64,000 nucleotides of DNA from Marsupella aquatica (GCA_973895155.1 OZ316892.1:19479869-19543868); one strand, 5' to 3'; counted from the first letter of the stretch, positions 35,376 to 48,261 are shown. Translations and numbers: made by a program. Notes: a model not told the origin generated them from the letters alone.

Positions 35376-35979
35376 ACACCGTTGGTTAAAATGACGATAA
35401 TACATTTTTTGTCATTTATCACCGTTGTCCAAAATGATGCAAATAGATTTTTGGTCATTTCAGTCATTGTCCAGAGTGACTATAATGTTGCTAAACACTG
35501 ATTTATCATTGTTGTTATTAATTGTGTCATTTAAGACATGTGTCTAAATTGACCATTTAGGGAAATTGGGTCATTTTGGTCGCATCAGTCATTATAGACA
35601 TTATACAAAATGACGAAAAAATTAACATTTTGTCATTTCAGTCTATTGGTCATTGTGGACAGTCATTCCCCCGTCATTCTTTTTGTGTCATTAAAACTTT
35701 TGGTCATTTATTCATCTCTGTCATTGGGTGATTGGTCATAAAGGGCCCTATTTTCTTCTAGTGAAGTTGCCCAGAAAGAATCTCAGTCCCAAAGTATATA
35801 ATGGCACATCTAGCTGTGATCAATTGCTAGCTAGTGAGTTTGTGACATTCTGTGTAACACTAGAAAATTGAAAACACTGCTAGGCTATTGGGGTTCATTC
35901 CCAGAGCCCTTGGGAAATCAGAGAGAAGTGGAAATTAAACCCTTGTCGTTACATACTGTTCACTCGATCTTTCCTGACC

Positions 35980-36250
35980 CTACAATGGTGAAAAGCAGTA
36001 CGCAAAGCTAAAGGCAGCCAATACTATCATGATGGGAAGAACCACTGGGAAGAACCATTGCTGCTTAGTAGCGTTTTCTGCCCCCTCTTTGGGAGTGTCG
36101 TCATGCACTATCCCAAAAGTACTCTTGATCTCTTCAACACTCTTGCCATTGATGAGGTCGGCAGCCCTCTGGCACACCAAGTCGAGCAGAGGCCTCAAAT
36201 TCATGTAGTTTCCTGCCTACAAGGAGCAACGAGAAATTTTTATTCGACAT

Positions 36251-36303
<53 letters not shown>

Positions 36304-36740
36304 GTGTTATTCAACAGTTCACTAATAAAATACTGGGAGGTCGATCATAGGCAACAGATCCTTTGGATTAATTCTGCATGCACGGAATTGACCCAGATAG
36401 CTTAGAAATTAGTGCCTAAATGAACAAATAAGGTACAGTAGCTAGAGGATGTCAAACTTACATGGATGAGACCCAAAAGGGTTGGATGATCAACCTTGAC
36501 AAAAGCAGCATCCCAATGCTTTATTTCATCGTCGGTAGCAGAATTAGATTGCAGATGATATGTGCAATACTGGATCACCTTGATCAGTATCGTGCTGGGA
36601 ACATTCGGCAAGCAAATGATGTACTCGTCAGTGATCTCCACTGTCTCCATGACTAGTTTTGCGTCTTGCAGCACCACCAGGTCTACTTCAAATTTAACAT
36701 GGTCAGATGACCACAGCTGCACCTTTCTCTGGCTTGACAT
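35980..36740 (-). CDS. SKP1: SKP1-like protein (171 aa; exons 36462-36740, 35980-36216) with a hydrophobic C-terminal extension
   Basis: KVQLWSSDHVKFEVD, ICLPNVPSTILIKVIQYCTYH, WDAAFVKVDHPTLLGLIH|AGNYMNLRPLLDLVCQRAADLINGKSVEEIKSTFGI. The phase-0 GT-AG intron is at the usual plant SKP1 position. Confidence 0.93.
36255..36300. repeat. (AG)23 microsatellite in the SKP1-like intron
   Basis: Read directly from the sequence. Confidence 0.98.
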
Positions 36741-38615
36741 CTTGGTTCGTCTGGTGGTTGTGTCTGTATGTGAGCTTTCTCTCGGATAGAGTTGAGTTAC
36801 CTCTCTAGCCAGAATCTGTTTCGTGCTGGTCAGAAGAATTGCCAACGATCCACTTTCCCTGTTCAAAGATTTCCTCAGCTAGAGACTGCAAATGTATGTT
36901 GTAATGCTTGGCTAAACAGCTGCAATGTACAGTTGTCAGCATAAGGTATACACATCAATCTTTACTTCTTGAGATTCTGAGATGCATGTTCTACATGGCA
37001 CGATATAAGGTCACAATACGTACTTCTATCAACTGGTACGTCCAAAAACTAAGAAAATAGAAAAACATCACATACTGAGCTAGTGCAGCACGGGGAGAGA
37101 CCGGGTAGAGAGGACACCTGATGACAATTAAAGCGAAAAACCAACAGACTTAGCTTGATTCTCTGAAGGTGCCCGTTCTGTCGGTTACTTAGAAGACTCT
37201 CAACAAACGTTAATGTTCCCAACCTTTATAGGTTAAAGCGAAGCTTTTGTAGTCTTTAGTCAGCTAGGTATACTTAGATCTTTCTCATAAATGATTAAAG
37301 GCATTCAAGCTAGGTTGTTAGTCAGGTGCGTATTGATCAATGGTCATAAGTGAACAGAAAGCCAGTTGGACCCGGGGATGGATCCCGGGATAGGCAACTC
37401 TAGCTTGTATGATAGAAAAGGCCAGGGTCCAACCTCTTCAAGGAAATACACCTAACCGGCTGTCTACTGTGACATCTTCCCTCAGTCTTAGTTGTTACTG
37501 GACAGTGTCTAGTCTTGTTACTGGACAGTCTGTGTTAATTAAGGCATTCTGGCTTTTCACTTCTGGTGAAGCAAAAGCTCAGAACAAATTCGTTTGTCAC
37601 GGCTAAGTAGTCCTAAACACTTATCTCCAGATTGAAGGAGATATAAGCTATATATAATGTGCATACTGGCATGTTTGAAGTTGAAAAACTTGATCAAAAC
37701 CAAATTAAATGGCTTATTTTTTACAAGTGTACACAACCAAACCAGCCAGCATTATGAGATTTTTGTTAAATTTCTAAAAATATTCTTATAAAAATTACAA
37801 TAAGGATTTTTTTTAATCTTATGGGGCAGAAAACAAAACCAAAGTATATATAGATACGACTCAGAAAATTCAAAAAATGGGAAACCCAGGCTTTTTAAAC
37901 ATTCTTTTTTATTACAGCCCCCTGGCCCCCACTTTTAGGTAATAACTGTTCTACATGAGAACAATTCATTTACAACTAACCAACCTGCATCTCCTATTGT
38001 AAATATGACATATAAGGAACGGGACAAGTATTGTACTGTATTGAGTAATCAGTTTGTGTTAGATTTTCCACAGGGGGTCCCTAATAGGTAATGACACACA
38101 TCATCATATTAGTGGGTCAGGTATGTGTCAACACTTAATTGATACATATGACACATACTATATCCACTTTTATATATGGAGTATTTATTCAGTAATGATG
38201 GGTCTGTGGGTTTAATTCAGGGTCTGGCTTTACCATAGGGTTTATTGGGAGGTTTGGGGTTTGAGCCATTGGGACTTTGCAAGTGTAAATACAATGGGGC
38301 CAAACTTTGGCCAGTTGATCCAAGGGAGAGCACGTCTAGGCCCAACAGTGATTGATCCATGGTCTGCAAGCAGGTGATCTTCACCCTCAGGTGTGTTGCA
38401 AGGTGTTTCAATTCGCTTTGGGTCAAAGTCAGTTTGACCCAAAACCCCACCCAAACTGCTAGCTCCCATTTTGCCCCCTCATTTGGCTTCTGGTAGTTTT
38501 AGTGGTAGCTCTTTGTCTGTCTTGCTTGGTCCTCATTGGTCTGTCTTGCTTGGTCCTCGGGGTTCAACATTTCTCTCTCTAATTATGGTGCATGTTCCAA
38601 TGAAACATAATTAGA

Positions 38616-38810
38616 CTAGCTCAATACCCGTGTGTTACACAAAAAATGTTGTGTCAGCCAAGATTTAGTTGTTGAGAAAAAAGATATCGTGTCAGCCAAG
38701 TTAGAGAAAATGTTGTGTTGGCCAAGAGGTCTTTGAGAAAAAGATGTCAGAATGATATTGTTGAGAAAGAAGATGTCATGTGAGCCAAGATGTTGTTGAG
38801 AACATTCCGT
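38616..38810 (-). mobile_element. Helitron-like 3' end with short internal repeats (5' end not defined)
   Basis: Minus strand reads GTGTAACACAC-GGGTATTGAG-CTAG|T (hairpin, then CTRR), preceded by ACAACATCTT-type repeats. A related copy is at 51530-51987. Confidence 0.55.
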
Positions 38811-39984
38811 CTTGAAATAGTATTTCTTTGGGCATGCATTCTTTGTGATGTCAAGTTAGCATTTTTGTTACCAAGAGCAAGAAAACTATGTACTTGGATA
38901 GAAATGTGTATGCATGAATAGCAAAAATTATCGACCTCATTTCTAGGAAATTTTGAAAATACAAATGTTTCACTCAAAGTCGATGTACTTGGTATGGTAT
39001 GGACTAAAGGTTTCGGATATTAAAAGAAAGAACAAAATTTCGGAAGTGAAATTTTATAGTTAAATGAGTAAAACACTCATGTTTTTTGTAAGCTCCCAGT
39101 AGTGTCATGGTTACTTGGCATAAATTTGTTAAGTTGCCAAATGAATGTTTTATATGCAAGTCCAATTATATCAAAATTAACAAACTAGAATACTCTTTCA
39201 CCGAGGCTGGCCCGGACTAATATTACAAAATCATGTTGGCCAGATAACTTTGGAGATTTCTGATTGAAATCCTCTGACGAAGAGCTTTTCCACACCTGCT
39301 CACATTGCTTCTCGCAGGGGAGACTGATCTCGTTCTGGGGAGGAACAGAATCATCCATTAATTGCATTGTGCCTCGTCAACACCAAAGTCAAGGTCGCCA
39401 ATGAAATTAACACGAGTTCAATAGCATCTCAGAATTTATTTCTATCCATCATCAAAGTAGAAATCAGGGTTCTTTTGATTTGGCCGGGGCTTTCACTCCA
39501 TAGATAGCAGTCACAAATTACTGCCTCCATCGCCAACTAACTTATTCATTGGCACTTGTTGACTGGAAATTTTCATTTCTCTAGTGTTTTTCTTCGCATG
39601 ACTTAATATTCCAAAGAAAGCAAGAAGATTAAAGTCACTGGCTGTATTGCTGGGAAAAGACACACGTCCCTTCTTCGGATAGCCCGCCTGACGAGGCCAA
39701 CGCGAGATGACAAAAGTAGCCCAAGGTTGAGGAATTTAGAACATTCAAAAGAGGCTATTACTGATTTGGAATAATTCCTTGTGTGCTGTTTCCATTTGTG
39801 ATATGCCGCGTCTGTTGCTCTCACTGTTGCTTCAGTGAAGTGAATCAACCTTGGCCAGTCTGCGTGACCTCTGCACATAAAGTCAAACAGCTGTTTGGAA
39901 CTCTGCACATAAAGTCATACAGCTGTTTGGAACAGCTTGCTGCAGTCTAGCCATCTCAAACACATTAGTATTGGAACTATGAAC

Positions 39985-40739
39985 GGGCATAAGAATTTGG
40001 GAAAGATCTGAAGAAAATGGGCTTTAATTAATGTTGCAAGTATCTTGACTGTTTTCCTGCAGTGCCCTTTGGGCCCTAGCTTGGCTTCTTGCCAGGAATG
40101 ATATTTAGGGTAAATTTGTCACGTCCCCCTCCATAAGAAATCAAATTTATCCTTCCTTGTGTGTGACTTTTACCAAGTTTGATGTTGATGTTCTTAACTT
40201 CTCCTTACAAAAAGGACAACCATTAATAGAGGATGTCTATTCTTCCTCATTGGTAATATGGGGGTACTACCAATTCTCATGGGAGACTTACCTACAAACA
40301 CTTAAAGACAGTGCACGTAAAGCTTTAACCAGAGCATCAATTTGGGCTACAAAATAGTGTACATGAGTATTAAATGCTTACTGATGCATATATCATTACC
40401 TAGGACAGTGGGGGATTCCCCTACAGTAAGCAATATGGTTTTCTCTTAAAAGTCTTCAAAGGCACATCAGGAATTCTCTTACGCAGCATCTTGGGAATTT
40501 TCCATGGTGGAAGCAATATAAGGGTTTTCACTGCAACTCAAAACTAGGAACTCCTATCTTCAAAAATGGGAATGCGTGCAATTGTACCACTGCACTTTCT
40601 CATACTTCTTTGGTGGGAGAAATCTGATTAAAATGGGACCGTGTTATATATTGGAGTATTTACAGCAATGTAAACCGCTTGTTTTACTTTGTAATATTAG
40701 TAAACTTTAAATATTTCAAGACAGCTGAGATGTAGGCGC
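39985..40739 (+). repeat. Paralog of 4755-5290 and of 6198-6216
   Basis: See 4755-5290. In addition ACAGCTGAGATGTAGGCGC occurs at both ~6198 and ~40721. Confidence 0.85.
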
Positions 40740-41245
40740 TAGCTATAAATATTGAATCCCATATTTCACAAGCTGCGTTTTAGTAAACTTCTTGTACTGT
40801 GACTAACTCATGCATGTACATCTTTTCAGCTTCTTTGACATGGATTGGATTCGTCAGGGACGGACTTTTAACATTTGGCCCAGAGGACCGTCCCATGGAC
40901 TTGTCTATACTGAATTTTGTTGAAGTTAGTGCTAAGGAAAGTACCTAAACACAAAGGCAGCCTCACCAATGCGATACTCAGCCAGGCAAGGTCGAGCCAA
41001 CACATTTGTTTATGATCTGAATTAATAATACAGTCTACAACACTGATTACCATGCCATTTTAATGGATAGTTCTGCAAGAAAACCATGCAGCTAAATTGG
41101 TAGCTCTTAGTCCAATCAGTTGATTCAAAATAGAAACTGTACGTGAAACTTGGCTGATCGAACGATGCTGTAAGTAGTAACTACGGGCAGCAATAAGGTG
41201 CTAGCTAGAGGTTTGTCAAGCTTTCCAAACTAGGCTACTCCTGTC

Positions 41246-41803
41246 TCATATCTTGTCCCTGCAGTAAGGACACTGGTCATGGTTTGTGAGCCAAGGGGTA
41301 AGACACGGAGGATGGTACATGTGACCACAATGGAGTCTGATTAGAATCTGCTCTTGGAGAAAATCATCATGACATATAGAGCATTGTCCTTGCTCCATCT
41401 TATGATCACTTCTCCCTTCTTGTAAGGAAGAGTCTACTACGTGTCTGGGCAAAGCATCCATCTCGGCTTTGCTGAGCCCCTTTGAATTAGCCGTATAGGG
41501 AGCAGAAGCAAAAGACAATCGGCATGTCCTCCTATTGTGTCCTGTTTCTCCACAGATCCTGCACGTTGGACTGCTCCTTGCAGAAGGATGGAGACCGTGG
41601 GGCCACAAAGTTGGGCATGTCCTCCTATTATGCCCAGACAGTCCACAGTACCTGCATGTTGCAACCCTCCTCACCACAAGAGAACCCACCAAGATATTGC
41701 CCCCAAGTTCCAATGGCGCCTCCTCCTCCAGGTAGTCTCTCATACTGGGCAGGTCAGCTTCCCCAATGACTCTCCACCTGTAATGCTCGATTCCAAATCT
41801 CAT
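41246..41803 (-). CDS. Intronless RING-H2 E3 ligase-like protein with two CCHC zinc knuckles (185 aa)
   Basis: CRYCGLSGHNRRTC and CRICGETGHNRRTC; GLSKAEMDALP linker; CSICHDDF...LHCGHMYHPPCLTPWLTNHDQCPYCR. Confidence 0.88.
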   Translation of the reverse strand: MRFGIEHYRWRVIGEADLPSMRDYLEEEAPLELGGNILVGSLVVRRVATCRYCGLSGHNRRTCPTLWPHGLHPSARSSPTCRICGETGHNRRTCRLSFASAPYTANSKGLSKAEMDALPRHVVDSSLQEGRSDHKMEQGQCSICHDDFLQEQILIRLHCGHMYHPPCLTPWLTNHDQCPYCRDKI

Positions 41804-44800
41804 GTTGATTCAGATGAGCATAACCTAGGACCAGATACCTAATTAGATACCTACGTGTAGTCTCTCCCCTACTACCGAGAAATAACAGCAGCGCCTGATC
41901 CCAGGACCGGAGAATCCCTAAAGAGATTTCTCCCTTTTCTTAAGTCCTTGCACAACTTAGCCAAGCTCAGAACACCTAGCCGAAACCACCAACGAAATGT
42001 GCTTGCTAGTAAATCGAAATCTGAAGCCCAACCCTTTGGTTCTCAAGGGTCTCAATCGTTTCCAAGATGGCTAGCTCTAGGTAGATGCTTGCAACACAAA
42101 CGCAGCTAACAAAAAGTCCAGGCCGGAAACCGGAAGCGCCGTAAGAGCCATCGAGGGACAGAAAGGATACAAACTAAGGAACAACATGAGAGGAAGGATG
42201 TTGCTTAAATACTGGGTGGAGCTGATTGTGATTCGGCAGCTAGTTATAAGTGAGTTGCTAGTCAGTTAGGGCTCTAGAGAAACAATCCTTCCTTCCTGGC
42301 CTTCCTTGTTACTTTGGTACACAACTACAAGTATGAGGTGACCCAGGAAACGACACAGAAGGTGCCACCGTGATATATATGCGTATAAATGTTTCGATGT
42401 TAGCCTTAGTCCAAACATATACATCGAAATTTTAGAGCAGGTCCCTTGTTCACCAGGCTTTGTCTGGTTTAACATTCTCAATAAGGATGACAAAAGCAAC
42501 CCACTTTGGCACGAAATCCAGCAAAGGTGACTGATCGACCGGGTCTAATTTCTCAATGACTGATGACAAACAGTACTAACCCACGTTGGAAGAAAATCCA
42601 GCAAAGGGTGACAGACCACGTACAGACCATCAAAGGCGACCCAAGCACCCTTTTCCACTCAACTTTGCATGGCCTAATACGCTCAATGACTACTGACACA
42701 TGTAACCTACTTTGGCAGAGACTTGGGAGAAAATCCAGAGGAATTGACAATCCATCCTTTTGTCCCGCATAGGACAATACTGGTATTCTCCTCAGACTTC
42801 CAGCTTGATTTTTCACCAATTCTAAGCATATAAATCATTACCCATCTTCCAATGAGAAGAAGTCCAGGGAACATGATAATTAAGACAAATCGAACTGCTC
42901 GGACAAATGCCAACCTAGACATGATTCGTACCCCTTACTCCAAAAATTCTAAACTTACAATGCCCAGCTGTTTTCCGTTTGAGCTGTACATTCGAGCCAA
43001 GCAGCGTCTGATTCTGTAAACTCCTGCTATAGGATCGAGGGGGACTTGGCTCAATGAGTGATCTAAACTTGTTGCTGCCCTAATTGTACCTAACACAAGG
43101 CCATCTTCAAGCATTCTAAAATTTGACAATAATATTCTAGCTATCAATACTCAATTAATTGTTCTAATTTTGTGACCCAGTCAAAAATTTTAACCAATAA
43201 TTGTATTTTGTTATATAGAAACTTAACTCTTTACCCGAAGGAATGAAGGTTGTAAGCTATAGCGGGCTGTAGGTAAGTGTTCCGTACCTCCTTGAACCAG
43301 CTTGTTTAACTCTAGCTATACGTGCGAGTTGAAACCCGTGTGTCTCTAGTCAGTACCTGCCATATAGTGCATCCTTCAAGTCATCAGTCTGTCTACAGTA
43401 GCTCTTTTCGGGAGACTAGAAGTCTTGTGTGTTGTCAATGCCACATCCCTTCAATCATCGATCGATCTGTCTATATTCCATGTACTTCAGCTGCTGCCAG
43501 GGAAGGTAGTTGATGCAAGCTCTGACAGTTGAACGCCCGTATTCATTAATTGCTCATATACCCCCAGCTGCCCGAGAGACGTACTTATCTTATATAAGAT
43601 GACTTATGCCTTCTGCCTTTCCCTTCTCTATTTCCCTAGTTTGGATTCTTCTTTATGATGGGTTGCCATCTCTTAGACTAGATGACAGGTCCTAAAACAC
43701 AAAATAGCTGGTTTTTTGTTCACAAGCGACTCGCAGTAAGGCTCATGAATCCATGATCCTCACAACACAGTGGAAACGTAGCGATTTTCATGTGGAGACT
43801 GTCACATTTAAGCATTCTCTGGGGTATTTTACAGCCTTGTGGACTTCTGGGAACTAGAGAGAGCTCTTGTAACCTACCCTTAAGTAGCATGTCATCCTCA
43901 CTCATCCTGAATAATTGTTTTACCACATTCCACCTCCATGGATTACAACATTGGCCGCCAGAATTTGAGAACTGTCTACAGTCGATTTCCACGCGCGATC
44001 TCCCTCACACTCCAATAGGAGTTCTAAAGAACCTCGGATTTCCTCAAGTACCTCTTTGTCCTTTCTCGGCCTTGACGTAGACTAATTTGAATTTTCAAAT
44101 CTTGACTATTCTTGGTAATGATTATGAAGACCGGCTTTAACGTACTTTTTATCACTGACCATTGTATCCTTAATGAGTCTTTTTCCTAATTCAAAATTGT
44201 TTGGCACGCTCCCAACTGGATGAGGAGTAAATCTAACCTTGACTTCCACTTTCCAGAAATTAATTCTAGCCATTCGATGTAACACCTTTGTGAATGAATG
44301 ACCGAAACACTTGTGATGAAGAAAGGATGAAACCTTTACGAGGAAGAAAATGCCTCCCAAAATCTTGCTTTCCACCACTGCAAAGTACACTACAAAGCAT
44401 CTGCGATAAGTATAATGTTTGGGAGTGACCGATTCCAGGCCATGTGGAAACGGCATTGCCGAGAAGACTTTAGTTATTTAGTTACATCGATGTGGACAGT
44501 AAGGCTGGGCATTCAATTCTACTGTACAGTCACCTGACTAGTTACCTGAAGTTAAGAAACAGCGCACTAAAGGAAACCAGAGCAGCCTGATGGAAATCCA
44601 ATGTTTATGGGTTGTTTTGCCATTCGCTGATGTCTTAAGTGGGTTCATGATCTGGAATCTTGAGAGGCGACTTGTTTGGCTGAGCTTTGCGGATTCTGCA
44701 TTTAAGCCAGTCCTTGTTCGAGAGACGGCCCCTTCGGAGGCCGCCATGCTCTGAAGAACTGTTGAATTCGATGCAGCTGCACGCAGCACGTGACCTGGAC

Positions 44801-45878
44801 TATTTCCCCGTTTGATCGCTGCCGAGGCCTCTGTCCACACTAGCGTGTTCAGTAGACCAGGGACAGAGTGACCGTTTGGCCTCAACCATATTCCATGCCG
44901 CTGTTGCACAGTACGTCCAAAAAGTAAATTGGTCTGCTACAAAAATGTATACACCGTGTAATCAGTCGAGCATATAGTAGAGATCAGTTGGAACCGGGAG
45001 CAAACAATTCCAAAACAATTAATGGGTCCGATTTCTTTAAAACACTCACAACACGCCAAAAATTTATCTGCAACGCGAATCCAGGTTCATTGTTCGCACT
45101 GCTTACTCCGTGAAGTTCACCGACGATTTAAATTTGTCACTGACTGTTTGCTACAACGCATGTTTCTCTACTTTCCATTTAGTGAACTTCTTGAATGTTA
45201 TAGTTTGTGCGCAAACTCCGCTCATGGAATTGCTAAACTACGACCTGGTGATGGAGAACTACATGACAAGAAACCAGGTCCCGGGTTTTACGCGACGAAG
45301 TGTTCTGCCCTCCATTGCTCGGGTGCAATAGAGAAATCAGTCACACTGGAATCAAACAACGCAACAAGAGCATTCCATTGCGAGAGAAATTGCTGAGATT
45401 GAATTCAAAATTGTGCAACAATGAAATTTATTTTTGGGGATTTGATGTTCCTGCACAGTCGATCTAATTGTGTATCCCCATCCTATGACAAATCTCCTGA
45501 AGATAGAACAGAGCTTCCTAATCGTGTTCGACTTAGGCTAAAATCTACAAGGTGCCTACTCGCAAATTGAAGGTCCGAACCCCTTGCGCCATCTCTTTCC
45601 GAGGCCGGCCTCCAAGGAGCAGGTAGCCACCAGAACAATAAACAAAAGCCGCTTCACCTTCTAGCCTTCAAATCTGCAGAGGAACATGTACATTCAGTAA
45701 ATTCAAAACCAAATTCAGCAACTTCATTTGCTTCGCTTACAGAAAGCTTCCACTGAAGAAGTAGCAACCAACTCAGAGTCCTGTGGACCGTGCGAGACTA
45801 AACGGAGATGCAATGACGAAGAACAAGCTAGACTTGAACGCTGAATATCTCCTCCGTACCTGTCATGAATTGCGCGGC

Positions 45879-46940
45879 TTACTGTCCGGGCTTCTTCACG
45901 ATGAACGACACCACTTGCACCTGCTTCACGTTGTCGAAGCCGATGACGCGGATAAATGAGTTGGGGTATTCCTTCTTGCAGTTGACGACCTCTGACAGGA
46001 CCTGGCCAGAGTCCTTGGCTCCGAAAAGGGGCAACTTCCACATGCTCCAGTACCTACCATCATAGTATCCGGGCATCTTACTCGCGGTTTGGGATACGAC
46101 ACCGTTCTTGTCGAACTCAATCGCGGGGATCCATCCATTTACCAACAGGTAAGCAATCTGCTTCTCGATCTCCTCGTCGGACAGGGGAGGTAAGTAAGAG
46201 AGGGTCTCAAACTTAGTGTTGGTGTCCGGGTTCACGACCTGCACAATGAAAGGCCAACGTCAATAACCTTCACTCCAAGGAGAACTATCATCTTCAAATC
46301 CGACCTGTTAATCTCTCAACGTTTCCTTGCTCACCTTGAGGAAACCCACCCGTGTAGGACAAGGGACATGAAGACAACTGGCGAACCTTGCGGAATTGAC
46401 TGAGGTGACCTCATCCCGACAGACCACATCATTCGGAACAGAACTATACCAATGCAGCGCACAGCATTTGCTCCAAGAGCTTGTAGAACCACTTAACGGA
46501 AAACTGAGACAACGAGCGACACTAAAAATGTACTAGAGGGACGACTGGCACTAGCTGCGGTACCAGAAATCGACCTACTCAGCCTTTCCACGCAGACGAA
46601 CACCAACTTCACCATTCGGAAAACAACCAATAGAACATGAAGGAAAGCAATGCGCTTCAGAAGAATTCATGCACGACATATACACATCGCCAATCAGTAG
46701 ACAAACACTCCAAATTGAAGCAAAGAAGTAAGAAACAGCAGGCGAGCAGCTGAAACTCACATTGAATGCATTGACACGGCTGCCATTACTGACGGTCTTG
46801 CTCTTCAGAGACGGGGCGATGCGGCTCTTCAAAGCGGGAGCGAGGAGCTGAGCGCGGGCGCTGGTCGAGGTCGAGGCCGTGGACGCAATGCTGAGGGCAG
46901 TGGTGGGCGCTGCGCAGGCGGCACCAGTCAAGGAAGCCAT
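45879..46940 (-). CDS. rbcS: Rubisco small subunit precursor, divergent (exons 46761-46940, 45879-46238; 179 aa)
   Basis: Ala/Ser/Thr-rich transit peptide ending SNGSRVNA; [37 protein letters not shown]; a single GTGAGT...GTGCAG phase-0 intron; frame intact. Confidence 0.97.
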
Positions 46941-48261
46941 AGGTGCTGCGAAGAATAGGTGCGGGCTTTTTCGGAGGGAGGTTTCCGAATGAGAAGAAGA
47001 GTCGTGACGAAGGGGACTGAAGGAGAGACTACCGTAGTGAATTTCAAGGGCATCTTTGGGAATCGCCGAGCTCTGTCCCATCCGCCCCTTGGCAATCGCC
47101 AATTGTCCTCTTTACTCATGTACTGTACCATACGCCCCTTTCGCGGGGTCCCGGCGAATCTTTCCACCCAGTCAGTCAGCGTATACCCCCGTCCGCCCCA
47201 GACCGCCCCCTTCGGAGCCGACCGACCCTAACGTATGAGTAGTGTTTCGCAACCACAGACAAGCCCCACAACTCGAATTCGACGGTTGCCACATGGACCC
47301 GACGGTGCCCTGTCCGATCTTGATCGTGTCAGCATATCGGTGTTTAGTTTTTTGTACTCCTGAGTACTGACGGAAGTTCCAACCACAGTCATGATAGGGC
47401 TTCGACAAGTGGCATCAACTACCGAATTGGCCATCTCATTTCTCATAACCATGTGTACGACAGACCATGGACTGAGGAGGTTAAGAGGTTAAGAGGTTGG
47501 TTAGCCTGAGGAGGTTACACCCTATACAGTTGCTCTCGACGAGGCCATATATTACTGCATTTCTGCCTCGGTTTCACCAGGAAACTGAGTTTTTGTAAAT
47601 TAAGTACGGAACCAAATTTAGGGATGATGTGTATGGATTTCTGAAGGCCTCTCTATACCCATTATGTCATGCCCAGAAAGTCTGGCCCATTAACTTTGTT
47701 TCATACTGTATTTATGTAGCATAAGGATTGCCTGGGTTTGGGGTTCTAGACTGAATCATGTTACTAAATTGCTCAGAAAAGCTTCCGGCCTGCTGTTGGT
47801 CATTTGTTATGATTTCTGGTCATAGGATTATGGCCTAGTTACCCTCTGCCCAGAGAGTGCTTATCCTAAGTATATACAACCCCGAGCTGGGCTGGCCAAT
47901 GGTTGCCCAAACTCTTATAATCCAAAGCCAGGCCAGTCAGCGGGTTGCTGCTGATAATGGTGAAAAAAACTGCAAAGAACAACTATGCTCAAGGTTTGCA
48001 CATGGGTGAATTCTCAAAGGGGAGATACTTAAAACACAACTGCATGTATATAAGGTTCAAGTGTCCAAGATTTCTCCCTTTTTCCATAATCCACTCACTT
48101 CTTTTCTCTAAAGGGCCAGTATGTCATACAAAAGGTTGTTGTGGCATTCCTTTGTAGGAAGTCGATAAGAGCAGGAGAGTCGCTAACTCCAGGCAAAAAG
48201 CTCATGTAGACTTTTTAAGGTTTAGAGGTGTTACTGAGGAGTGGGTCAACATATGCAGTTA

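Larger units (their letters stand above)
18468..35763 (-). mobile_element. CACTA (En/Spm) DNA transposon, 17,296 bp
   Basis: TIRs CACTAGTAGAAAA (18468) and TTTTCTTCTAGTG (ends 35763), 12/13 match. At both ends the TIR is followed by 8 nt and then TTTATGACC. Dense AATGAC/GTCATT subterminal motifs at both ends; En/Spm transposase genes inside. The 3-bp flanks (ATT vs AAG) do not match. Confidence 0.93.

Noticed and set aside
42500-44460. Degenerate LINE or other TE coding remnant
   Set aside because: The fragments look protein-like, but I could not identify an RT, endonuclease or transposase motif; a tBLASTx search is needed.
45724-46041. C-terminally extended RbcS or an overlapping ORF (also 6614-7027)
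   Set aside because: The rbcS frame ends at KKPGQ*, and read-through meets another stop within about 18 codons. The longer ORFs are alternative-frame shadows.
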